From: Dehalococcoidia bacterium
GTDB taxonomy: Bacteria; Chloroflexota; Dehalococcoidia; Plut-88900
Assembly: GCA_965197585.1 (NCBI GenBank)
Contig: OZ240215.1
Coordinates: forward strand, 2,560,001-2,624,000
Direction: 5' to 3'
Length of the DNA: 64,000 nt
The notes below the pieces were generated by a model. That model searched no databases, had not been told where the DNA came from, and saw only the letters and a program-made list of their open reading frames with translations. A program made the translations under genes and the position numbers. Shown in pieces: positions 18,454-28,235 of this stretch (position 1 is its first letter; every line of letters starts with the position of its first letter).

Positions 18454-19287
18454 CTACGGCCTCCAGGCCTCAGGGATGGGGCCGGTGGGCGGATAGCCGC
18501 CCTGATCATCATGAGTCTCGCTGCCGACGAGGGGCGGGTTGAAGACGCTCACCAGCGCGAAGGCCGTGTTGAAGGACATCAAGTGCCTGTCCTTCGGGCC
18601 AACGAAGTACATCGATCCTGGGGCCAGGGCCCACTTTTCGCCCGTGTTCAGGTCCTCGACGGAACCCTCGCCCTCCAGGACGTAGTTGGCCTCAACGTGG
18701 TTCTGGTACCACAACTCTTTCCCGTGGCCCACCGAGGAGCGGGGGTTAGAGACGGTGAAGCCGCAGCCGTCGGCCTGGGTGATGTAGCGGAAGGCCTGGG
18801 CACCCGTGCCCCGGACGCCGACGGCCTGGGTATCGGACTGTCTCTTCACAATCATGCTTCGGCCCGACTCACCAGCCCAGGAAGGAGGAACTTCACCGGT
18901 TGGGGGATAAGCGCCGTCTTCGTCAGGGGTCTCGTCGCCTTTGAGCGCTGGGTTGAAAACCGTGACGGCGTGCAATTCGGTCCTGGTCGAGACGTGATGC
19001 TTGTCCTTGGGACCAACCACATACAGGTCCCCCGCCCCGACCTCCCAGCTCTTGCCGGTGGCGTACTCCGTAACCGTGGCAGTACCGGAGACTATGAGAC
19101 TTGCCTCCACATGGTTCTTGTAGTGACAGTCGATCTCCCAGCCAGGAGAGAGGGTGACGTCGGCGAGGGAGAAGCCTGCGCCGTCTACCTTTGTGACGAG
19201 CCGGACGGCCCTGAGCCACAGGTCTCCGTTCTGCCATTTGACTTCCTTGTCGGTGTTTGCGAGCTGGTCAAGGGTTCTTACGAACAT
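18454..19287 (-). CDS. Tandem two-domain EctC-like cupin, copy 2
   Basis: 277 aa; N-domain variant CHYKNHVEAS. Confidence 0.85.
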   Translation of the reverse strand: MFVRTLDQLANTDKEVKWQNGDLWLRAVRLVTKVDGAGFSLADVTLSPGWEIDCHYKNHVEASLIVSGTATVTEYATGKSWEVGAGDLYVVGPKDKHHVSTRTELHAVTVFNPALKGDETPDEDGAYPPTGEVPPSWAGESGRSMIVKRQSDTQAVGVRGTGAQAFRYITQADGCGFTVSNPRSSVGHGKELWYQNHVEANYVLEGEGSVEDLNTGEKWALAPGSMYFVGPKDRHLMSFNTAFALVSVFNPPLVGSETHDDQGGYPPTGPIPEAWRP

Positions 19288-19418
19288 GTCGGGTGTCCTC
19301 CGGGTTCGGGAGTATCTGTGTAAATGACCTTGTTCTTAGCCGGGACCACCCTAACCCATCAGGAAGCCTTTGTGTAACTCTGGCCTGGCGTCGGGACACC
19401 CCGCCCATTCCGCTCTTG

Positions 19419-19449
19419 AGACCCTTCGACTCCGCTCAGGGCGAGCGGA
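19419..19449. repeat. REP-like dispersed repeat (family B)
   Basis: agacccttcgactccgctcagggcgagcgg, the reverse complement of the element at 5682. Confidence 0.55.
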
Positions 19450-19537
19450 ATGCCCCACCCCCAGGGGATGGATTACGGCTCGGGGGCCAGAGTGACAGTT
19501 ATGCAAAAGTCTCATCAAGGGAAAGGGGATAAGAAGC

Positions 19538-20371
19538 TTAGGGCCTCCAGGCCTCGGGGATGGGGCCGGTGGGCGGGTAGCCGCCCTGGTCATCGTGGGT
19601 CTCATTGCCGACGAGAGGCGGGTTGAATACGCTTAACAGGTAGAAGCCGGTGGTGGTGTTGACCTGGTGCCTGTCTTTGGGGCCCACAAAGTACATGGAC
19701 CCGGGGAACAGGTCCCATTCCTCGCCAGTGGTCAGGTCTTCGGCAGTCCCCTCGCCCTCAATTACATAGTTAGCTTCCACGTGGTTCTTGTAATGGAGCA
19801 CGATGCCGTCTCCCGCAGGAGAGCGGGGGGTGGAAATGGTGAAGCCGCATTCATCTGCCTGGGTGAGGTAGCGATAGGCCTTGGCAGCGCCATGGCTAAC
19901 GCTGACTTCACGGGTGTCCGCAAGTCTCTTGAGGAACATCGTCCGTCCCGAATCACCGATCCATGCAGGTGGGACCTCGCCTGTCGGTGGGTATGCGCCG
20001 TCCTCATCGGGTTTTTCGTTGCCGATAAGCGCGGGGTTAAAGACGGTGACGGCGCGCATCTCGGTCTTAGTTGACACGTGGTGCTTGTCCTTTGGCCCGA
20101 CCACATACAAGTCCCCCGGGCCCACGTCCCAGCTTTTGCCGGTGGCATATTCCGTTAGTGTAGCGCTGCCGGAGATGATGAAGCTGGCTTCGATGTGGTG
20201 CTTGTAGTGGCAGTCAATCTCCCATCCTGCAGAAAGCCGGACGTCGGCGAGGGAGAAGCCGACAAGGTCGCTCTTGGTCACAAGCCGCGCGGCTCTGAGC
20301 CACAGGTCTCCGTCCTGCCACTTACCTTCTTTGTCACTGCCTGCGAGTTGGTCAACGGTCCTTACGAACAT
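19538..20371 (-). CDS. Tandem two-domain EctC-like cupin, copy 1
   Basis: 277 aa; N-domain variant CHYKHHIEAS. Confidence 0.85.
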   Translation of the reverse strand: MFVRTVDQLAGSDKEGKWQDGDLWLRAARLVTKSDLVGFSLADVRLSAGWEIDCHYKHHIEASFIISGSATLTEYATGKSWDVGPGDLYVVGPKDKHHVSTKTEMRAVTVFNPALIGNEKPDEDGAYPPTGEVPPAWIGDSGRTMFLKRLADTREVSVSHGAAKAYRYLTQADECGFTISTPRSPAGDGIVLHYKNHVEANYVIEGEGTAEDLTTGEEWDLFPGSMYFVGPKDRHQVNTTTGFYLLSVFNPPLVGNETHDDQGGYPPTGPIPEAWRP

Positions 20372-20421
20372 GTCGGTTGTCCTCCGGTTTCATGGTTATG
20401 GATCTGCGTATCGTCGTCAAC

Positions 20422-21639
20422 TTACCTGACATAGTCAGGACTCCATCGCTCACCCTTACCCTCTTTGTATTTTCCTGATCCAGCTTCTCTAATTAGCACA
20501 CGCTTTTCTGAGCCGTCTGGTGACATAACAAACAGAGCAACCTCCCTGTCCTGTTCCGATGCCGAATCATCCCGCCCAAATCGGGGGAGCACGGCGACCT
20601 TTGACCAGTCCGGGGACCAAGTGGCAACGGCATGCTTAGGATATAGGTGCCTGAATATTCTATAGTTGGACCCGTCCGCCCTTGCAATGATGAAAGGATA
20701 GCTGCCGAACCTGATCTCGGAACCATCGGGGGACCAGTAAAGGAAGGGGAATGCCCGGCCGTTAAATCGTGTCCGAAGGACATCTACAATTTCTCGCTGT
20801 TCTGAGCTATGAACATCTATGTCGTATAACACTACGGTGTCGTTCTCTTCGCTCACATTCAAGAATGCAATACTCTTGCTATCCGGTGACCACGCAGGCA
20901 CGCTTGTAGTTTCAGATAACCTTTGGAGATTAGAGCCATCCGAACCGACAACATAGACAACCATCTGATGTCCATCACCCGTTACCTTCTCTTCAAGATT
21001 GAGGAAAGCGATATACCGCCCGTCGGGTGACCAGATAGGAGCTGCCTCTATCTCAATGACATTTGCACCAAGACTTCGTACGTCAGAACCATCCGGGGCC
21101 ATAGTGAATAGAGTGAAGTCAGTCAAATAGAGGTCATCGCTAAGGTCTTCTAGGGATAGCCGATCGGATAGGAATGCAATGCGACTTCCGTCAGGGGACC
21201 ATGCCGGAACAATGTCATTTGCTGCATCCTCAGTTAGCCGTTGGCCATTTGAGCCATCTAGATTCTTCAACACAAGTTCGTAATTCAACTTTCCACCAAA
21301 CAGGCCCCCTGTCTTGAGTCTTTGGGAATACACGACTTGAGAGCCATCCGGAGAAATGCTCGGTGAATGAGCGTTTCGGTTTCGATTGTCAGCATGATCG
21401 TTCAGTACTATTAGATTGGATCCGTCTGCGTCTATAACGAATATTATTCCCCGGCCCAATTCCACCGCTATTCGAGTACCGTCTGGAGTCCATTGTGGTA
21501 GTCCAGAGCCTCCTTGGAAGGAATATCCGAATTCTATTTCGGCGGATTCTCCGCAATCCGAAGCTATCATGCAAAGACTGATCGCTGCGACAAGAAGTAA
21601 GACTAAGCCCTTTCTCAAGTTACCCTTGAGATTTTTCAT
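20422..21639 (-). CDS. Secreted TolB-like (PD40 repeat) beta-propeller protein
   Basis: Hydrophobic N-terminal signal followed by repeated P.WSPDG..IAF motifs. Confidence 0.85.
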   Translation of the reverse strand: MKNLKGNLRKGLVLLLVAAISLCMIASDCGESAEIEFGYSFQGGSGLPQWTPDGTRIAVELGRGIIFVIDADGSNLIVLNDHADNRNRNAHSPSISPDGSQVVYSQRLKTGGLFGGKLNYELVLKNLDGSNGQRLTEDAANDIVPAWSPDGSRIAFLSDRLSLEDLSDDLYLTDFTLFTMAPDGSDVRSLGANVIEIEAAPIWSPDGRYIAFLNLEEKVTGDGHQMVVYVVGSDGSNLQRLSETTSVPAWSPDSKSIAFLNVSEENDTVVLYDIDVHSSEQREIVDVLRTRFNGRAFPFLYWSPDGSEIRFGSYPFIIARADGSNYRIFRHLYPKHAVATWSPDWSKVAVLPRFGRDDSASEQDREVALFVMSPDGSEKRVLIREAGSGKYKEGKGERWSPDYVR

Positions 21640-21652
21640 AGTTCACTCTACT

Positions 21653-22852
21653 TCAAACACCCTTGCTCAAGATCTCCAACGGCAGCTTGGACAGCAGTTC
21701 AAGCCCTGATTCCGTCATGACAAAAGTGTCAATTAGCCCCGCGGACCGGGCATCCTTGCCCCGAGAGAAGATCTCGTAGTTGGTGACGAAGCCGGGCTGC
21801 ATGGGCTCGTCCACAAAGCCACCGCCCACGACTCGGGTGTGGCCCACCCAGTCGGGAGGAAGCGAGAGGCCGACATCGTAGCCTCCGCGGTCGACCTCAG
21901 CTGTAAGCCCTAAGGAAGCGAGGTATTCGTCGATGGTCTTGCCTATGGCCGTGGGCGGATCGCCGGGTTTGACTCGCTCCTGGACGTATGGGATGCTCTC
22001 CGCAAGGGCCTTCATGCGCTCACTGGCCTTACCGGTGGGCTCACCGAGACAGAAGAAGCGGCAGAGGTCGGCGTGGTAGCGATTGTAGACGCCGCACACG
22101 TCGGCGAAGATTGTCTCACCAGCCTCCAGGCGCATCCGGGTGGTGGGCTTGTGGGGCATACGGAATCCCTCTTTGCTGACGACGCATCGGATGGCGGTTT
22201 CCTCGCCGCCGGCCTTGGCCATGGCGTACTGCATTGCGCCGTTGACCTCAAGCTCTGTAACACCGGGGGCGGCGGCTTCCAGCCCCGCCATGATTCCGAT
22301 GTCGGCTATCTCTGCAGCCTTTCTCACACAGGCGACCTCCAGCGGCGACTTGGTGAGTCCCACGGTATCCACAATCCATGACCCGTCGACAACACGGGCC
22401 CCGGCTCCCGACATGCGCTCCTCCATAGCCTGCATCATCGCAGGCGAGGGTGCGTAGGCCCACTTTTCAATGCCGACGCAGCCCCTGAGCAGGCCTCGGT
22501 CCTTCATGGAGTCGATGACCGTGCCAAGCTGCGGGCCCATCGGGTGGAATGGGAAGGTAGCGTAGAAGACCGCCTCGTCGATGTAGCAGAAGTCGTTGAC
22601 CATGCGCTCGTGGTAGGAGTCGAAGAAGAGCACCTTCTCGGAGTCGGCCCGGATGACGAGCCCGGTGGGCGAGGCATGGTAGAACCAGATGATATCGAAT
22701 CCCGTGAGATATGTGATGTTCCTGGGCGAGCTGACGTAGAGGATGTCTATCCCGCGGTCAACCATTCTCTGTCGGACCTTGGCTCGGCGGGCGTCGTACT
22801 CCTCGTTGGGAAACACGGCCCCAAATGTCCTTTCGTTGGGCAAGTCAGTCAT
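21653..22852 (-). CDS. M24 Xaa-Pro peptidase family, EutD/DoeA (ectoine hydrolase)-like
   Basis: F..EEY..R..KVR..M...GID.L....P.NI.YLTG; KSP.E; RYHADL.R; GY.VGL..PPDW. Confidence 0.8.
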   Translation of the reverse strand: MTDLPNERTFGAVFPNEEYDARRAKVRQRMVDRGIDILYVSSPRNITYLTGFDIIWFYHASPTGLVIRADSEKVLFFDSYHERMVNDFCYIDEAVFYATFPFHPMGPQLGTVIDSMKDRGLLRGCVGIEKWAYAPSPAMMQAMEERMSGAGARVVDGSWIVDTVGLTKSPLEVACVRKAAEIADIGIMAGLEAAAPGVTELEVNGAMQYAMAKAGGEETAIRCVVSKEGFRMPHKPTTRMRLEAGETIFADVCGVYNRYHADLCRFFCLGEPTGKASERMKALAESIPYVQERVKPGDPPTAIGKTIDEYLASLGLTAEVDRGGYDVGLSLPPDWVGHTRVVGGGFVDEPMQPGFVTNYEIFSRGKDARSAGLIDTFVMTESGLELLSKLPLEILSKGV

Positions 22853-23011
22853 TGTCGTCTCCTTATTAACGCACTTTGATGGCACTGGGTTATTCGAAGA
22901 ATTCGAGGGAGTTTTCGAGGCTAAACAGGGCTAAGCCTCAGGCGAAAGAGAGCAAGGAATCATGGAACTTACAATACCGTCAGCCGACGACGCGGGGCAA
23001 GGGGGAAGAGT

Positions 23012-24310
23012 CTAAAGCGTCTTCCGCCAGTCCGCCGAATCCCCCTCTTGGAAGCGGGTGAAACGGAAGGGATGAAGATCGACGCTTGGTGTCTCGCCCA
23101 TGACCAGCTGAGACATCACCAGCCCGGCCCCGGGACCCATGGCTATGCCGTGGCCGCTCATTCCCGTGGCGAAGTAGAACCCCTTCACGCCGGGTACTCC
23201 GCCCAGAACAGGCGTGGCATCGGGGCTCGCGTCTATCCTGCCCGCCCACGCCCGCTGTATGCCCAGCTCTCCAACCGAGGGCAGCAGCTTTCTCAAATGG
23301 CTAATCGACTGCTCGACAAACTGGCCATTGGGCTCAGGCTCAACCCCAACAGTGTGTGCGAATGGATGGGCTTTGGCCGGGGAGCCGGGCAGCGCCCTCA
23401 GCACATCATCGAACAGTTCCTTGCCGACGTGCACGGTCATCGTCTTCTTCACCCTCAGGAAGTTGCGTATGAAAAGCCCGAAGTTTTGCAAGGATTGAAG
23501 GTCGACGTAGTAATCTGACCTCGTGCCGTTCGATATGTAGAAAGTCCCGTCCCGCTTCTGCCGAAAAGTCACGTCCGGGGTCATCACCGTGCAGTGGGAG
23601 ATAATCTCGGTGGGTTCGGTGCAGACTACAGTGCCTTTCGCTACCCGCTGGGGCAGGTGCACGCCCACCATCCGCCCGACCTTCGATGCCCAGGCCCCCG
23701 CCGCACACACAACCTTATCCGTTTCAATTCGTCCCTTGTCGGTGACGACGGATTTAACGGCACCACCCTCCACTTCTAACCCTTCCACGGCCCGCCCGGT
23801 GTGCAGAGCCACTCCGCTCTCCCTCGCGGCCCAGGCTATCGCCTCGGTTGCGCGCCTGGGCTCGGTCTGGCCGTCCGAAGGAGTGTGTATCCCACCAACA
23901 AACGCCCCTTCGAGCGCCGGTATCTCGCGCTTAACCTCATCCCTGGTTAGGACCCTGGTGTCAAGACCCAAGACTCGAGCCTCCCGGGCCCACTCTTCAA
24001 AGTGAGAGAGGTCCTCTTCCGTGTAGGCCAGTTTGAGGGACCCTTCCTCAATCCATTCAACGTCGGCGCCTATTTCGTCGGTGAGCCCCGACCAAAGGCC
24101 CTTGGAGAAGGTGACAAGTGGAATCTCCCTCGGGTTCCGGCCCTGCTGCCTGACCCAGCCCCAGGCCCGGCTGGACTGCTCGCCTGCCACCTCACCCTTC
24201 TCCACGATGGCGACTTTCACGCCCTTTTTGGCCAGGTAATACGCCGTGCAGCACCCGACAATCCCCGCCCCAATGATGACCACGTCGGCTTTGGATTCGT
24301 TAGTTGTCAT
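23012..24310 (-). CDS. FAD-dependent oxidoreductase (DAO / D-amino-acid oxidase-like)
   Basis: IIGAGIVG, EQSSRAWGWVRQQGR, AWAG.ID..PD..P and G.SGHG...GP. Confidence 0.9.
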   Translation of the reverse strand: MTTNESKADVVIIGAGIVGCCTAYYLAKKGVKVAIVEKGEVAGEQSSRAWGWVRQQGRNPREIPLVTFSKGLWSGLTDEIGADVEWIEEGSLKLAYTEEDLSHFEEWAREARVLGLDTRVLTRDEVKREIPALEGAFVGGIHTPSDGQTEPRRATEAIAWAARESGVALHTGRAVEGLEVEGGAVKSVVTDKGRIETDKVVCAAGAWASKVGRMVGVHLPQRVAKGTVVCTEPTEIISHCTVMTPDVTFRQKRDGTFYISNGTRSDYYVDLQSLQNFGLFIRNFLRVKKTMTVHVGKELFDDVLRALPGSPAKAHPFAHTVGVEPEPNGQFVEQSISHLRKLLPSVGELGIQRAWAGRIDASPDATPVLGGVPGVKGFYFATGMSGHGIAMGPGAGLVMSQLVMGETPSVDLHPFRFTRFQEGDSADWRKTL

Positions 24311-24498
24311 AGCCTCCTCGGGCCTGGGCCTGTAGTCCATACATCTGCCGAAGCGATTTGGAGAGAATGGTACACCTAAGCGTACTGTACTGCGAACTTT
24401 TCAGTGGGTAGTGTCAATCTAGGTAGTGCTCTCGTAGATCGCAAACGGTTATTACCGATTCGAATCCAGCCAGGTGGGCGATACGGGACCCCCCACCC

Positions 24499-25722
24499 CT
24501 ACCCGATAACCGTCACGTTCCTGTCCAGCCCCGAGAGCACTTCCAGGCCGCTGTCGGTCATCAGGATCGTCTCGATGAAGCCGCCACCCGTGCCACCCTT
24601 CCAGCCGTGGTCAGAATCGAGAACCGTGAACAGGTTTTCGCAGTTCGTGATCATCCCCGGATCGTAGTTCGCAGTCTCGAACCCCGTCTCCGGGTCGATA
24701 AACGTGTGCCCGACCCAATCTGGAGGTATCGCAATCCCCATGTTGTAGCCACTCACGTAGGCAACGTATGGCCGCAGCCCCATCGAGTCCACGTACTCGT
24801 CCATGGCTTTCTGAGCCACGGCTGTGGCGTCGCCCGGTCGCACCTTCGAAATCACGTGATCGACACTCCCACACGTCTTGTCAATAAGCTCTCGCCACTT
24901 CGGCGAAGGCTCGCCCAGCGAGAAGAGCCGACCCAGGTCGGCGTGATACCGATGATAGGACCCGCAGTGGTTGATCCAGACAAGGTCGCCCTGCTGCAGC
25001 TTCCGATGGCTCGGCGCCGAGTGCCGAGCAGCAAACCGTGGCCCCGACCTCACCGCAGCGCGGATGGCCGGATCTCCCCCACCCTCTTTCATCATTGCGT
25101 GGAGCGCGACCCCGGCCAACTCGGTTTCCATCACGCCGGGGCGAATGTGACCGTGGGCCGTTTCCATCGCCTTGTCTGCTATGGACGCCGCCTTCCTCAT
25201 TACCTCTATCTCTGCCGCCGACTTGATCAACCTGACCCGGTCCACGACCCACGACCCGTCCACGATATTCGCGCCCGCACCCGCCAAGCCCTGCTTTATC
25301 TCGTTGATTACCACCCCGCTCGGCGCCCGGCTCCAATCCTCGACACCCACGTTCCCCTTCAACCACCCCCGAGCTTTCAGCGCGCTGACTATCGACTCTG
25401 CAGGAGTTTGCCCATCCTTGAAATACTCCGCATCGTCGACCACAGCGTGCCACTCGACGGTCGGCTGATGATATGGCACCTCGAAGAAAACGGTCTGCCC
25501 GGACTCGGCGTGGACAGCCACGCTCACGGGACTGGTCAGGTAGTACCAGATCATGTCGTAGCTCGTCAGGTAGGTGATGTTGGGCGGAGACGAGACCAAC
25601 AGAAGGTCGATCCCCCGCCGCCCCATCTCCCGACGCACCTTCTCGACCCGATCCACATACTCCCCGACAGAAAAAGGCGGCCCCCAACCCTCCCCCTCCG
25701 CCAAAGCACGACCATCTATCAT
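24499..25722 (-). CDS. M24 Xaa-Pro peptidase family, EutD/DoeA-like (second paralogue)
   Basis: PFS..EY..R..KVR.EM..RGID; IKS.AEI; RYHADL.R; GY.MGI..PPDW. Start MIDG chosen; the ORF track extends to 25830. Confidence 0.8.
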   Translation of the reverse strand: MIDGRALAEGEGWGPPFSVGEYVDRVEKVRREMGRRGIDLLLVSSPPNITYLTSYDMIWYYLTSPVSVAVHAESGQTVFFEVPYHQPTVEWHAVVDDAEYFKDGQTPAESIVSALKARGWLKGNVGVEDWSRAPSGVVINEIKQGLAGAGANIVDGSWVVDRVRLIKSAAEIEVMRKAASIADKAMETAHGHIRPGVMETELAGVALHAMMKEGGGDPAIRAAVRSGPRFAARHSAPSHRKLQQGDLVWINHCGSYHRYHADLGRLFSLGEPSPKWRELIDKTCGSVDHVISKVRPGDATAVAQKAMDEYVDSMGLRPYVAYVSGYNMGIAIPPDWVGHTFIDPETGFETANYDPGMITNCENLFTVLDSDHGWKGGTGGGFIETILMTDSGLEVLSGLDRNVTVIG

Positions 25723-25846
25723 CACCAAAGTCCTCCTCGCAAGGGATGCTTGGCCCGACTCTAGCCCAGGGTCCAGTTCGTGGCAAGGCTCCCCAAACGA
25801 ACACCCCCGACACCCCTCCCCCCCTGTCACCCCAAGCCCCCATTCC

Positions 25847-25874
25847 TGTCATTCCGAGGCCCCGCGAGGAATCT
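25847..25874. repeat. REP-like dispersed palindromic repeat (family A)
   Basis: tgtcattccgaggccccgcgaggaatct, followed by cccccgtagggg...ccctcgtgg as in the copy at 2147. Confidence 0.6.
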
Positions 25875-25932
25875 GGGGAGGGGCCTGTTCCTTTCCCCCG
25901 TAGGGGATTCCCTCGTGGGCGCCGTTCCCCGC

Positions 25933-26320
25933 CTACCACACCGCCTTGAGCGCCTGCCCGATCCTAAGCCCGACCACCACCGCGGTCAGCCCAATCGCCA
26001 ACTGGAGTAACACGTTAGCTGAACCGGCGACGTAGGCGTGGTCTCTGAACAACCTGATCGTATCGATACCGAACGCCGAGAGCGTCGTAAACCCCCCAAG
26101 CACGCCTATGACCAGGAATGCCTGGACCTCGGGGCTCAGCGGCTAATGCGTCTCCGCAAACCCCACGACCAACCCGATAAGAAAACACCCCACCGCGTTC
26201 ACAGCCAGCGTCCCATACGGAAACCCCGTCCCGCCCAGCCCCCCATTCACCCACACCACCACCAGGTAGCGCGCCATCGCCCCCACCACGCCCCCCCGCC
26301 CCGACCCAAAGAATCACCAA
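25933..26320 (-). pseudogene. crcB: Fluoride channel FluC/CrcB, disrupted
   Basis: Reconstructed GG..GA.ARY..FPYGTLAVN..GCFLIG..G.LGGFTTLSAF. There is one extra base in the C7 run at 26291-26297 and an in-frame TAG at 26143-26145. Confidence 0.85.
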
Positions 26321-26730
26321 GATGCGCCTATCCCCACTTCGATACCGTTAAGTCCGCCTTCGCCAGACTCCTCCAGCTAATCTCTTGTTAGCGGGGTGAC
26401 ATGTCATTGAGAAGAGCTTTCAAGAGAGCTGGACCCTTCGAGACCTGATCATTACCGCCAAGATTAACGTAATTAGGTTTGATCAGGGGATTATATATTT
26501 ATTTCCGGCGCAACTTGATAGACTAACTGGCCCATGCTAGGGGGGCCCGGTTAGTCGCCGGATAGGGGTCGCTCCATAACGGCTACCACATCGGATGTAC
26601 TTGCAATTAGCTCGTCGGATATAACCGCTACACCTAGCACACGAAACCCCGACGCCAAAACGTTCAAACTGTCTTCAAGGTAGGGACTGGTGGTTTGTAC
26701 GACCTTGTACTCGTATCTCATTGTTTACCC

Positions 26731-26958
26731 CTAGTCCGGTTGGCACTCAGCCACTTCGGAAAAATGCCAAGAGTCGAATGCCCTCCGTCCAAACTCCGCA
26801 ATCGCCTTTCCGTTCTCATCCTTCAGTACGAGCCAGTAGCCTTCCGCAGTCACTTCGTGATCAGCCGCTTGAAATGTATCCGTCCGGAATTCTGTGTCAT
26901 ATGAATTCCGGTCTTCGTTCCAATGATTCACCTCTCGACTAATGTAGTAAGTTCTCAC
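26731..26958 (-). CDS. Small hypothetical protein
   Basis: 75-aa ORF with a GGAGGG RBS before GTG and protein-like composition; no recognisable family. Confidence 0.45.
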   Translation of the reverse strand: MRTYYISREVNHWNEDRNSYDTEFRTDTFQAADHEVTAEGYWLVLKDENGKAIAEFGRRAFDSWHFSEVAECQPD

Positions 26959-27158
26959 TTTACCCTCCCTTTATTCATTCTAATAGGCGTCCGAGTTCAA
27001 CCGGGGAGTCGATCCTTGCGAGGTCGGCTCCCCAACCTCTACCTTTAGGAATAGCTTAGCAGATTGGAGACCACGGCATTAGGCCCGAACAGGCTCACGA
27101 GCATAGGAAGTCGGACTTGTCAAATCCGCTGTGGAACTAGGTATATAATCCCCTAAGT

Positions 27159-28235
27159 TTAGGACCCGATAAGGCCTGCAAAGTCTATGTCTGGTTGACC
27201 CTGACGGGCATAGTAAGACGAGAACCGGGCAATAATGTCCTTCACAAAGGGAGGCGAAATCTGCACCTCTGGAGGTACCTCAAAGTTGTCACCGATATAG
27301 TCCACTTCCACCGTGGACACGCTCCTAAAGTTAAGGAAGCCCAACGGGAAGAAGTCAGTCTGAGGCAGACAGTGGTAATGCCTTGGGCCGTTGTTTTCTA
27401 GAGCCCTCCTGACTGTAGCCTTCTTGGCCTGACCCAATAAGCCGAGGGACTGAGTGTCAAACCAACTGTACAGAGCGTCAGGTAGGACTATTTCAACCAA
27501 GAGAAACCTGTCGGTATTTCGCTTCCCGTCGGACCTGACTACAAGATCACAATCCGGGCTCAAGACGGCGAATCGCTGGTTGCTTTTCTTGGCCTTCAAG
27601 ATACTGCCAGTACGAACATCTCCGCTGAAAGGTGGGTGGATATAGAACTCTTCGGGAAAGTAGCGTTCTATATCCTCGTCGATCAGTTGGATCAAATGGT
27701 TCAGGATGTGCCTCAGCAGTGTATTTTCTGTTCTGGCTGAGTCGGCCTCACCGTACGCTTCCCATTTTTCTATCTGAGGTAGAATGTTTTTCCAAAACAC
27801 CTCCGCTAACTTGGATTCGATAGTCCCTTTGCCCCCCAGGATACGGGTAAGTCCTGTCTGTTGAATATTCCAGAATCGGTCAAGAAGGTCTCCGAATCCA
27901 GCTCCGGGATCTCCTTTCTTGAACACTCCTAAGTACGAAAAATCCTGGTCGGCGGCACCGGGGGTTCCGGTAAGGATAGCGACGGGGAAGCGGTATTGTC
28001 TGTCCTTTATTAGTTGAACAACATGGTTACCTTCGTCACCTTCATTTCCTAGTCGTAGATCAATTATTGCCCCGTCAAAGGTATCATCCAACTCATCGAA
28101 TGCTTCATCTACGTCCTTACACTCTACAAGATTCACCTCTCGCTGCTTTTCATGACGGTATCTTTCAACTGTGCTTCTACATGTATCGATGTCCTGAGGG
28201 TCATCTTCTACAACAAGAAGTTTGATACTGGTCAT
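27159..28235 (-). CDS. Receiver (REC) domain protein with uncharacterised C-terminal domain, partner of the GHKL kinase
   Basis: LLVVEDD, IIDLRL (phospho-Asp), LTG and K; C-terminal VLSPDCDL and RFSSYYARQGQP. ATGA-coupled to the kinase. Confidence 0.8.
   Translation of the reverse strand: MTSIKLLVVEDDPQDIDTCRSTVERYRHEKQREVNLVECKDVDEAFDELDDTFDGAIIDLRLGNEGDEGNHVVQLIKDRQYRFPVAILTGTPGAADQDFSYLGVFKKGDPGAGFGDLLDRFWNIQQTGLTRILGGKGTIESKLAEVFWKNILPQIEKWEAYGEADSARTENTLLRHILNHLIQLIDEDIERYFPEEFYIHPPFSGDVRTGSILKAKKSNQRFAVLSPDCDLVVRSDGKRNTDRFLLVEIVLPDALYSWFDTQSLGLLGQAKKATVRRALENNGPRHYHCLPQTDFFPLGFLNFRSVSTVEVDYIGDNFEVPPEVQISPPFVKDIIARFSSYYARQGQPDIDFAGLIGS

Noticed and set aside
14797-20371. Repeats in the EctC region or the 45-48 kb array as a CRISPR array or DGR
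   Set aside because: The repeats are paralogous coding sequence. There is no short repeat-spacer periodicity, no cas gene, no reverse transcriptase and no adenine-specific TR/VR pair.
26143-26145. In-frame TAG in crcB as recoding (pyrrolysine or readthrough)
   Set aside because: The same gene has a frameshift and TAG is a normal stop in many genes here, so decay is the simpler explanation.
26321-26420. Fluoride riboswitch upstream of crcB
   Set aside because: Only a vague ccgct..agctg resemblance; the GGCGATGG..CGCC / GCTGATGAC core is not recognisable.
26400-27150. tRNA or att site at the island border; hairpins near 26521-26556 and 27003-27032
   Set aside because: No cloverleaf or T-loop/CCA pattern and no matching direct repeat found. 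The hairpins alone are not diagnostic.
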